From: an uncultured virus (IMG/VR IMGVR_UViG_3300023174_008090)
Lineage: Duplodnaviria > Heunggongvirae > Uroviricota > Caudoviricetes
Length of the DNA stretch: 64,000 nucleotides
Virus record (IMG/VR): IMGVR_UViG_3300023174_008090
Reading direction: 5' to 3' (one strand)
Positions 28,248 through 36,857 of the stretch are shown here, piece after piece (the first letter of the stretch is position 1; each line of letters opens with the position of its first letter). The notes beneath the pieces are model-generated. The model had not been told where the DNA came from. It did not search any database and worked only from the letters and a program-made list of their open reading frames with translations. The translations under genes and the position numbers were made by a program.

Positions 28248-29069
28248 ATGAAAAAAATTCTAATAACTGGTTCGGATGGATATATTGCTAGAAATCTTGC
28301 AAAAAATTTTACTGATTATGATTTGACTCTTGTAAATAGATCAAAATTAAACTTACTAGATGCAAAATCTGTCAAAAATTTTTTTGAACACAGATATTTT
28401 GATGCTGTAATTCATACTGCAACCTCTGGAGGAAGCAGACTAAGAACAGATCACTATGATGTATTTTACGAAAACTGTTTAATGCATCAAAATATAATGG
28501 ATAACACTGCTTCTTTTGACAAGCTAATTTCTTTTGGATCAGGCGCAGAATTGGACAGAAGATATGACATTGATTCAACTGTTGATTATAAGAGTGCTTT
28601 TCCAATTGATCCTTATGGTATGAGCAAAAACTTCATAGTAAAGTCTGGTGTGTTATATCCTCATTTTCACAATGTTAGAATATTCAATGTATTCAATGAA
28701 GATGAGTTGCCTTCTAGAATGATCAAAGCAAATATTGTAAATTATTTGAACAAACAACCTATTGTAATTCATCAAGACAAGTGGATGGATTTCTTCTATA
28801 TGAATGATTTATGTGAAGTTGTAAAATTTGCTATTGATTCAGATGTTAATCAAAAAATTATTAATTGCTCATATAAGGAAAAATACAAGCTTTCTGATAT
28901 TGCAAAAATTATAAATAACTTGTCTGATTATAATGTAGAAGTTATTATAGAAAAAAATCAATTTGGACTTAATTATATCGGAGATTACAACTTACATTTA
29001 TTTAATGTAAACTTGTCTGGTATTCATTTAGGAATTGTAAAAACTTACGAAGCGCTTAGGAATTCATAA
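28248..29069 (+). CDS. NAD-dependent epimerase/reductase
   Basis: TGSDGYIA, GSGAE, YGMSK; ATG 28248 follows the upstream TGA. Confidence 0.8.
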   Translation: MKKILITGSDGYIARNLAKNFTDYDLTLVNRSKLNLLDAKSVKNFFEHRYFDAVIHTATSGGSRLRTDHYDVFYENCLMHQNIMDNTASFDKLISFGSGAELDRRYDIDSTVDYKSAFPIDPYGMSKNFIVKSGVLYPHFHNVRIFNVFNEDELPSRMIKANIVNYLNKQPIVIHQDKWMDFFYMNDLCEVVKFAIDSDVNQKIINCSYKEKYKLSDIAKIINNLSDYNVEVIIEKNQFGLNYIGDYNLHLFNVNLSGIHLGIVKTYEALRNS

Positions 29070-29071
29070 AA

Positions 29072-29872
29072 TTGAAAAATTTATTAGTTAACTTTTCTGT
29101 TGGGGATAAATGTATTGACTCTTTAGAAGGAGATATATTTTTGAAATCTCTTTCAAAGTTTAAGTCATTTGAAAAAGCTGTATTTGTAAGTAATGTAAGT
29201 CCAGAAAGCATTAAAAAATTAGAAAGATATTTTGATATTATAATTCCAAATAATGAGAATTTATATACAAGTTATCTAGCTTTGTACAAGTGGCTTTCTG
29301 AGCATGTAAATGAATACAAATATGTAATGCATTCTGACTTGAGAGATGTAATTATTCAAAAAGATCCATTTGAATTCTTTGAATCAAATCCAGACATAAA
29401 TATGTTTTATTCATTGGAAGGCATGCAAATTAAAGAAAATGATTGCAACTTGTGGTGGGAACAATCTCTTAGAACAATTTTAAGATCTCACAATAAATCT
29501 TACGAAAATGAATATGTAATCAATGGTGGAATTTTTGGTGGAAAAATTGAACATATGATCAATCATTGTTTGATGATGTTTTCAAATACAAATAGAAAAT
29601 CTCAATTTTTAGTCATGGATCAGCAATTCTTAGGTTATTTAAGTCAATATCTTAAAGAGAATCCCAAGAATATGCTCTGTCATCCATATAAAGATACTTT
29701 TGCTTGCACTGGTGAAGCTATAAAAAGAGACAATGTAGAAGTTTTCTTTGATGGGAAGCATGTGACAAACAAAGACGGTGAGCCTTATTGTATTTTCCAT
29801 CAATGGGATAGAACTGAACTAGCTAAACATTTTGTTGATAAAGAAAAAAATTCTTTGAGTTTTTCCTTATAA
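29072..29872 (+). CDS. Putative GT-A glycosyltransferase
   Basis: SDLRDVIIQKDPF, INGG..GG, DQ, HQWDR motifs typical of GT-A-like phage enzymes. Confidence 0.6.
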   Translation: MKNLLVNFSVGDKCIDSLEGDIFLKSLSKFKSFEKAVFVSNVSPESIKKLERYFDIIIPNNENLYTSYLALYKWLSEHVNEYKYVMHSDLRDVIIQKDPFEFFESNPDINMFYSLEGMQIKENDCNLWWEQSLRTILRSHNKSYENEYVINGGIFGGKIEHMINHCLMMFSNTNRKSQFLVMDQQFLGYLSQYLKENPKNMLCHPYKDTFACTGEAIKRDNVEVFFDGKHVTNKDGEPYCIFHQWDRTELAKHFVDKEKNSLSFSL

Positions 29873-30454
29873 ATCTTTCTCTACATCAAAATCTTTCAAA
29901 TCAACAGCATTTTCAGATTTCACTTCATTTTTAGTAGCTAATATAAGTTGTATAGTTTCAAATTCTTTCATAGACAAATTTGAAAATTCATCTTTATTCA
30001 TTGATACAAGTCCACGGGTCATGTAATCAATTTCTACTATTAATGGTGGAACTGGAAATGTTTCTGTATTATTAGGGTTGAAATATTTGTTTGCAGATAT
30101 GTAATAAAAATTTGCTTCATCAGCGCTTAAATAAAGATACTTTTGATATTCAAGCCATAATTTTTCAATTGTAACATGATCGATTTTAGTAAGTAAAGTT
30201 GATTCAAATTCTGGCATAAAATCAATGTCATTCACTGTGTCATAGGCTCTCAATATTGCCAATTTCAAAATTTCTCTTTTTTCAAATTCAGAATTTTGAT
30301 AAACAATATTGTCCTTTTTTCGAAATGACTTGGCATCAATTAGTAAGCCTTCTCTCCAAGTGATTTCTTTAACTATAAACTTAGTAGTATCTATGTTAAT
30401 AATATGAACTTTATCACTTTTTATTTTTTCGTAATATTCTATAAATTCTTTCAT
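29867..30454 (-). CDS. Putative tail assembly chaperone-like protein
   Basis: Small acidic protein right after a tail-tube-like gene (F.VKEITWRE..). The call is mostly positional. Confidence 0.4.
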   Translation of the reverse strand: MKEFIEYYEKIKSDKVHIINIDTTKFIVKEITWREGLLIDAKSFRKKDNIVYQNSEFEKREILKLAILRAYDTVNDIDFMPEFESTLLTKIDHVTIEKLWLEYQKYLYLSADEANFYYISANKYFNPNNTETFPVPPLIVEIDYMTRGLVSMNKDEFSNLSMKEFETIQLILATKNEVKSENAVDLKDFDVEKDL

Positions 30455-31695
30455 AATACTAAAAATTCAGAAACTCTATCATTACCCAAACCGTCGAAAA
30501 ACACTTCTTCACCCATTCTTGCAATAAAACTGTACTCTATTAGATATCCACCACCTGGACTAATAGTTACAGTAGGTTGTTGCCAATCTACATTTTTCAT
30601 AGAATAAAAATAATAACTTCCAAAATACATTGTAAGTGAAGAAGCATTTGAGTTTATGAAATTATAATTGGTTTGACAGAATAATTTAATTGATCCTGAG
30701 ACTTTTCTTCCACTTAATGAAACAAATCTTGGACCTACAATATCGTAAAATTCTAATGCAGCGCCAGAATAATACAATCCGGGGTATGTAAATGCAAAAT
30801 CTAATTCTTGACTAATACTTAAGGACATACTTACAATTTTATGTACTGGTGGTGTTCTATTATCCGAATATGAACCTGTCGCAGCTTTATAAAATCTATT
30901 AAATGCATCATCTCCAGTAAAAACACCTAATGCGTAAGCACAATCTCCTAAATTATATGCCCTATATCTTTCATTATAATTATTATTAGATTCTTGGAAA
31001 AAAATTGATTTAGATTGGTCTAATGTACTTAAATTAATAATACTACCATCAACATAAGGTTTGTGTACTGGGACATTGTCAGGAGAAATTAAAAATCTAC
31101 CTCCTTGAATATCACAATTTATTTCAACATCTCCAAGAGAGTTTGTACCATCAACACTAATATTAAATTGAGTTAAGAATGCTGGACCAAAAGTTTTGTG
31201 AGTTGGAACTGAAGAACAAACCATAATTGGCATCAAGGGTTTGTAAGATGCTTTATATAAAATGTACTCACCAGTATTTTGAGCATTTCTTTTAGATGTA
31301 CACCACAATGGACTAAATGAAAAACTAGCACTATATACGTATCCAGAAAATTTTGGATGATTCAATACTGCCAATTTTGAATAATTTGGTATTTGAGAAT
31401 AAACATTGCTACCAGAATCATCTCTAAAGCTACTACAAAATATTGGAAAATATGTAGATGAGCTAAATCTTTTAGTGTAATAATTTACATTTGTATTAGA
31501 AAATATTCTATCAAATTGTTTGTATCCCAATGCATACAAATCCCACATATGAGATTGAGTTGGTGAGGTTTTAGATACCCTATAACCTCCCCTAAATTTT
31601 GTTTGCAATTCTCTAAAATCATTAATCTCAGTGACATAAATACTATGACCTGATGATGGGATACTGTTTATTACATTGTTGATTATGTCTGGCAT
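30451..31695 (-). CDS. Tail-tube-like protein (paralogue 2)
   Basis: FLTQFNISVDG..VEINCDIQG; MSLSISQEL..SGRKVSGSIKL; NVDW; similar to 32088-33539. Confidence 0.5.
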   Translation of the reverse strand: MPDIINNVINSIPSSGHSIYVTEINDFRELQTKFRGGYRVSKTSPTQSHMWDLYALGYKQFDRIFSNTNVNYYTKRFSSSTYFPIFCSSFRDDSGSNVYSQIPNYSKLAVLNHPKFSGYVYSASFSFSPLWCTSKRNAQNTGEYILYKASYKPLMPIMVCSSVPTHKTFGPAFLTQFNISVDGTNSLGDVEINCDIQGGRFLISPDNVPVHKPYVDGSIINLSTLDQSKSIFFQESNNNYNERYRAYNLGDCAYALGVFTGDDAFNRFYKAATGSYSDNRTPPVHKIVSMSLSISQELDFAFTYPGLYYSGAALEFYDIVGPRFVSLSGRKVSGSIKLFCQTNYNFINSNASSLTMYFGSYYFYSMKNVDWQQPTVTISPGGGYLIEYSFIARMGEEVFFDGLGNDRVSEFLVL

Positions 31696-32088
31696 TTATT
31701 TTCCACTGGTCATTTCTAACCATTTTTTTGATAATGCTTTTACCAATTCATATCTCATGTGCTGAACACTACTAGGCTCAGGATAGTAAACTTGTGTATC
31801 TTCTTCATCGATGTCTTTAATTCTAATTGAAGAAAAAAATCTTGAAATAATTAATTTGCACAAAATAGAGGTTCTTAGTAATGGATTTCCCGTTACTGAA
31901 TTGATAATTGTAGCTTCCTCTATAATATTTGACATATCTTCGAAATTTCTTCCTTTAACATCGCAAGAAATTTCTGATTTGCCATTTGGATCAATCTTGT
32001 AACAAACAACTTCTCCGTCATCATTTTTTATGATATTGCAATTAAGTTTAAGTTCAAATCTTTTTCCAGCGTCTACAAAAATACTCAT
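31696..32088 (-). CDS. Putative tail chaperone/hypothetical protein
   Basis: 130-aa ORF translationally coupled between the two tube-like genes. Confidence 0.4.
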   Translation of the reverse strand: MSIFVDAGKRFELKLNCNIIKNDDGEVVCYKIDPNGKSEISCDVKGRNFEDMSNIIEEATIINSVTGNPLLRTSILCKLIISRFFSSIRIKDIDEEDTQVYYPEPSSVQHMRYELVKALSKKWLEMTSGK

Positions 32089-33539
32089 TAATAAATACCT
32101 GTCGATTTTAATACTGGGTCAAATGTATAATTTTGAGTTGCTACTGAAAAATTAACCTTGCTCTTTTGATATTCCAATCTAGAATGTTCTTGAGATTCGG
32201 TTGACCAAACAACCTCAGGCAGCTCTAATTTTATTGGCCCCATATCAAAAGTTATACCGTCATTATTTATGCTACTTGGACCTGACAAGAACTCAACCAT
32301 CGACCAAGGTTTAATTGGCCCAGTGTAAGTTATTGATCCAGAAATTTTTCTGCCTTCTGAATAATATCCATATGGCAAAGAGTTTTTGAAAAAATTAGTT
32401 TTGAGATCACTTGATTTAGAATTTAAAGTAAATATAGGCTTCAAATTATTTTCAATAGTAATTGACATTTCAGTGACAAATATACTATCTAATTGTGATT
32501 GCTGAAATCCTCTAAATAATTTTGAATCTAATACTCCTCCAAGACCAAACATTCCATACTCAGGAGCACTTTTATAAACTCTCACATTGTATCCGTTAAG
32601 TATATAGCTAGGTTTTTTTCTAAAATAGTTTTGAACTATAGAAGCGAAATTGTTGTACATATCCACTTGATATGTTCTATCAACATTCAAAACTTTTAAA
32701 TCTATATATGCTACAATTTGTTCTCCAGGAACAAAATTTATTCCAAACTTTTCAACTAAACATCCACTAAGTAAACCTTGCTTTAATGTGAATAAAGAAA
32801 AGGTTGATTCTTTTCCAGATGATTTAGGATATGCTGAAATATAAGATGTATTTCTTGCAATTGATGTATTAATTCCAGCACCAATTGTAATTAGGCGATT
32901 AGCTTTATCAACACCTGTAATGTCTACTATATCATAATACGGGTTTACATCAGATTTTATTTTTGCTTGAAATGGCAGATCTAAAGACATAAACTCAGCA
33001 ATATTGTCTATATATAATTGAGTAGTTCCAGCGCCTATAACTGATGAATTGTCTGTAGTAAATCTACCTATAAATGAAGTTGGAGAACCATTGAAAGCCT
33101 GTATGCAATAATCAAAAAATGCAGCTAAAGAAAAATCTAAATATCCCCAACTATCTACTTTAAATGGGTATGTAAAACTAACATTATATTCTTTTGGCCC
33201 AAGATTAAACGTGTTAGGATTGGCTCCTTCACCGGCTAATCTTTGACTAGCATCGGATGACTGTGAGCCCTGAAGATTAAAATTATCTATCGAAAACAAA
33301 TAGTTAGAATTTATGTTAGAAAAAGATAAATTAAAATCTGGATCTTCTGAAAATTCTCTAGAAAGTGCAATTATATCGAAATAACCAGTTTCAAAAGCTG
33401 GTGCATATAATTGAGATCTAAAATTATTGTAGGATTCTTTGTAAAGATACTGGCTCGGAAAAAATTCAGAACTACCTATACTAGGTACTTCAACTGTTTG
33501 ATCAGCCCCAAAAGATATTACTCGATTAGATTTTCTCAT
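32088..33539 (-). CDS. Tail-tube-like protein with inserted beta domain (paralogue 1)
   Basis: SGCLVEKFGINF.PGE; EMSITIENNLKPIFTL..EGRKISGSITY; KLELPEVVW, all tail-tube-type motifs. Confidence 0.6.
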   Translation of the reverse strand: MRKSNRVISFGADQTVEVPSIGSSEFFPSQYLYKESYNNFRSQLYAPAFETGYFDIIALSREFSEDPDFNLSFSNINSNYLFSIDNFNLQGSQSSDASQRLAGEGANPNTFNLGPKEYNVSFTYPFKVDSWGYLDFSLAAFFDYCIQAFNGSPTSFIGRFTTDNSSVIGAGTTQLYIDNIAEFMSLDLPFQAKIKSDVNPYYDIVDITGVDKANRLITIGAGINTSIARNTSYISAYPKSSGKESTFSLFTLKQGLLSGCLVEKFGINFVPGEQIVAYIDLKVLNVDRTYQVDMYNNFASIVQNYFRKKPSYILNGYNVRVYKSAPEYGMFGLGGVLDSKLFRGFQQSQLDSIFVTEMSITIENNLKPIFTLNSKSSDLKTNFFKNSLPYGYYSEGRKISGSITYTGPIKPWSMVEFLSGPSSINNDGITFDMGPIKLELPEVVWSTESQEHSRLEYQKSKVNFSVATQNYTFDPVLKSTGIY

Positions 33540-33547
33540 AATTCCAC

Positions 33548-36001
33548 CTATGGAGTAGTTTCAACAGTTATTAAGTCATATATATCCCACAAAACTGGAC
33601 CATTGTTTATTCTAGTCAAATTAGTTCCTGGAGTTACAGTTACATCCAACACTCTGTCAAACTTTTGTAATTCATTTCCTAATGGGTAACGTTGATTTCT
33701 AGCAGCACCCTTAGGCACTGTAGTTGTCAAAGTTACCACTTCACCATTTTCACCATTTTGGGCAGTTACAGTTACAATCAAATCATTTTTTATAGTCTGA
33801 TCTGTTGTAGAAGCTATACCTGTTGTTGATCCATTAAATATAACATTGGAAGTAAATAAATCTTCAACATAAGGAACATAAACTGATAATTGTCTCGGTT
33901 CTAATGAAATTCTATTAGTGAGTTTTATTCCTCTTCTTAAAATTTCTCCAGCATTATTTCCGTCATCTAAATAACCACGGAATTTATAGTATGCTGTTCC
34001 GCCAGTTCCAGTCCAAGATCCTCCATTATTTATAGAAGTCAATCCTTGTCCTGAACTTCCAGAAGCAATTCTTGCATACAATGAAGTCGAACCTAATCCA
34101 GTTGTAAAGTCAGTGGGTTTGTCTATAACCAACCAATATGATGAACCTGAGTTTATGTTTACTCCAGTGTTAAACTTTACAGTATATTCATTTGTGCCTT
34201 GAGTAATATCTGAATATCTTAAAGTTGTTGGGCTTGAAATAATTCCGTTAGGAGTAGGTGTTGATCCAGTTGCTGAAAAAATCGAAATCGTCAATCCAGA
34301 TGTTCCACTGCCAGATGATTGACTTCCAGCTGTGTAATTTAATTTAAAGCTTACACCACCCACATAACAATTTTCATTTGGAGTTATTTTGAATGCTGTA
34401 CGACCATTTATTAAATTTAAATTAGCATTGTCTGCAAATGAAGTCATAGTATTGTATGGTGGATACTGTATTTCATTTGTGTTAGTTAATTTTCTTTCAA
34501 TCAAATCATTACTTAATTGTGGTTTCTTATAAACATGATAGAACAATGGATTAGTAATTCCAGCTCCAGTCCATGTCACTTCAACTAGATAATTACTTGT
34601 TGTATAATTTGATGAAATTAAATTACTATAAGTTGGAATACTTTCAACATATTCATCAGTTGAAATATTGTAAACCATAGTATTTCCATAAATTTGTGTT
34701 CCAGAAAACAATGATGACACATAATTAGAACAAGGAATTGCATTGACAGTAAAACCTGTAGCAGCTGCATTATTGTCGCTTCCAACTGCAGCATTATAAG
34801 TAATCAAGTCACCTCTGAATATTGCAAATGTGTGCTGAGTATCGGAACCTATTGTGTAATAGTAGGCTTTGGCAAAGTTGTAAGGAAATTCAAATCTTTC
34901 TAATCCACTAAAAGATTGACCCTTTGAATAAAATTCTGTTTTTCTAAACGGTTGAGTAGCTAATATTTCTCTTTGCGACAAGCCACTTGCATCTGCTACA
35001 TTTCCTAAATATCTATAAATAGACACAACTGTATTCTTTATATAATCGTTGTTTTTATAGCTTGTAAGTGAATTATTGGCATCAATACAATTTTGCACTA
35101 TAGCAGCTGAATCAGTTGAATCTCCAAGGATTTGATAAGTAGAAATGTCTGTAGGCATATCAACCACAGTTCTTGACAATCCTGTACCTGAGTTTACAAC
35201 AACTGGGTTTTCAGGATTTTTCACCATAACTTTCCCTATAGGAATCCAGCTTTGCGGGAGAGGCGGAAAGTAATTAAAACTTAAAATGTTTTCACCTAGA
35301 TCATATACGGGAAAGCCTGTTATATATTTAATTCTTGGTTGAAAAAGGAAATTTACTGGGTTGTCCAAGTAATATGTTGCTGGCAAAGTTCCAAAAGATG
35401 AACCATTAAAATATGAAGGATCTACTACCATTCCTTCATTGTCATCTGAAATTCCTGAAAAAGTGATTAGATAATTTCCCACAAAAGCTTGAATTGGAAA
35501 ACCCAAATTTCTTGCAATATTTACATCTTTTACATAGAGAATATTCGTGCCAGCCAAACAGGTGGTGCTTACTGTTGTTGCCCAAACTTGAGAGGCTTTT
35601 TGTACTTCACTTATTGGCAAACCTAAAGTTAAGCCATATTTATAACTTGTAGATCCTAGTCCTGTTAATGAATAATTTTTGGACCATTCTTTTTTAATTG
35701 GTATTTTTTGTGCTTGAAGTTGATAGACAGAACCATTATAAGCTACTTGACCACTTCTCACTGTTACATAATATGGGTCATAAGTAATATCGTATGTTAC
35801 ATCAAATCCCAAAGGTGCGGTTTCTAAAACTCCAAAATATGGAAATCCAGAATTTGCCATTGATAATAAGTTATTGATTTCAAAAATTGAAGAGCCAGGT
35901 GTGTCATTATCACCTATGCCATAACTTAAGGCATCGTAAATATTTCCAATTGTTTTAGTAAGTTCAAGAATTATTTCTTCGACTTTTGATGAAATTGCCA
36001 T
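33548..36001 (-). CDS. Virion structural protein (baseplate/fibre-associated), 817 aa
   Basis: S/T/G/N-rich beta-type sequence, VTVRSGQVAYNG; in the tail operon; shares a domain with 36857-41560. Confidence 0.5.
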   Translation of the reverse strand: MAISSKVEEIILELTKTIGNIYDALSYGIGDNDTPGSSIFEINNLLSMANSGFPYFGVLETAPLGFDVTYDITYDPYYVTVRSGQVAYNGSVYQLQAQKIPIKKEWSKNYSLTGLGSTSYKYGLTLGLPISEVQKASQVWATTVSTTCLAGTNILYVKDVNIARNLGFPIQAFVGNYLITFSGISDDNEGMVVDPSYFNGSSFGTLPATYYLDNPVNFLFQPRIKYITGFPVYDLGENILSFNYFPPLPQSWIPIGKVMVKNPENPVVVNSGTGLSRTVVDMPTDISTYQILGDSTDSAAIVQNCIDANNSLTSYKNNDYIKNTVVSIYRYLGNVADASGLSQREILATQPFRKTEFYSKGQSFSGLERFEFPYNFAKAYYYTIGSDTQHTFAIFRGDLITYNAAVGSDNNAAATGFTVNAIPCSNYVSSLFSGTQIYGNTMVYNISTDEYVESIPTYSNLISSNYTTSNYLVEVTWTGAGITNPLFYHVYKKPQLSNDLIERKLTNTNEIQYPPYNTMTSFADNANLNLINGRTAFKITPNENCYVGGVSFKLNYTAGSQSSGSGTSGLTISIFSATGSTPTPNGIISSPTTLRYSDITQGTNEYTVKFNTGVNINSGSSYWLVIDKPTDFTTGLGSTSLYARIASGSSGQGLTSINNGGSWTGTGGTAYYKFRGYLDDGNNAGEILRRGIKLTNRISLEPRQLSVYVPYVEDLFTSNVIFNGSTTGIASTTDQTIKNDLIVTVTAQNGENGEVVTLTTTVPKGAARNQRYPLGNELQKFDRVLDVTVTPGTNLTRINNGPVLWDIYDLITVETTP

Positions 36002-36002
36002 T

Positions 36003-36857
36003 TTATATATTTATACTCAACTCAGATGAAAGATATGTCAACAATCTTGATGGAAGTGTCTGCCCACTTGATCTCCAATAAGAAACAAAATCAGGAGTCC
36101 AAGTTGTACTACCCACCCAACTTGTAACTATTTCATATGTAAAACTTTTTTGTGTATTATATTGTTCTGAAATAAATGCATAATTTCTTATGATAGATGA
36201 TATTACAATCTTAGATAAGGTTTCTTCAGAATAGCCAAAATATCCACGAGGCAATCTGTTATCTAATAATTTGAAAAAAACTCTTGAATTTTTAATTGAT
36301 TGATCATAATAGTTTACATCTGCTATGAACATATATAATTCAACACTATAATCTTTTATAGTTGTAAATGATAACTCAGTAGTGTTTCTTATAATTTCTT
36401 CTGCTGTTTCAATATCAATATCTTTACTAATGATCATAGGAGAGCCATTAGGATCTCCTTTAGGTCTAGCCAAAGAAAACACTAATTCTTGACCATCATT
36501 TGCATCAGATGTTAAAAATATTTTTCCAAAAACATAACCATTGGACATTGTGTCAAGATTGCCTAAAACCTGATTGATTGTATATCCAACCTCATTTGAA
36601 CTGGGAAATTCTAAATAACTGCTAGACAATACTGATTTTAGAAGACCTTTGCCAAAACATAAAATATCTAAGACATTATTGTGGTTTTGAGTTTTTATAT
36701 TAGACAACCCATAAAGCAATTGTAAATTTCTTTCAACAGAGTTGTAACTCAAAGCATACTCTTGAATTGACAAAGCATAATCTAATGTGCTCTGAGTTTT
36801 GTCTAAGGCAAGTATCAAGTTATTCATTGATACTGCCGATGCATAATTCATTGCCAT
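36003..36857 (-). CDS. Hypothetical protein (tail operon)
   Basis: 284-aa ORF coupled to both neighbours. Confidence 0.5.
   Translation of the reverse strand: MAMNYASAVSMNNLILALDKTQSTLDYALSIQEYALSYNSVERNLQLLYGLSNIKTQNHNNVLDILCFGKGLLKSVLSSSYLEFPSSNEVGYTINQVLGNLDTMSNGYVFGKIFLTSDANDGQELVFSLARPKGDPNGSPMIISKDIDIETAEEIIRNTTELSFTTIKDYSVELYMFIADVNYYDQSIKNSRVFFKLLDNRLPRGYFGYSEETLSKIVISSIIRNYAFISEQYNTQKSFTYEIVTSWVGSTTWTPDFVSYWRSSGQTLPSRLLTYLSSELSINI

Noticed and set aside
31723..31729. A-AAA-AAA slippery heptamer near the end of the chaperone-like gene 31696-32088
   Set aside because: The -1 frame is not the frame of the downstream gene and closes after about 26 codons; A-runs are common in this genome.
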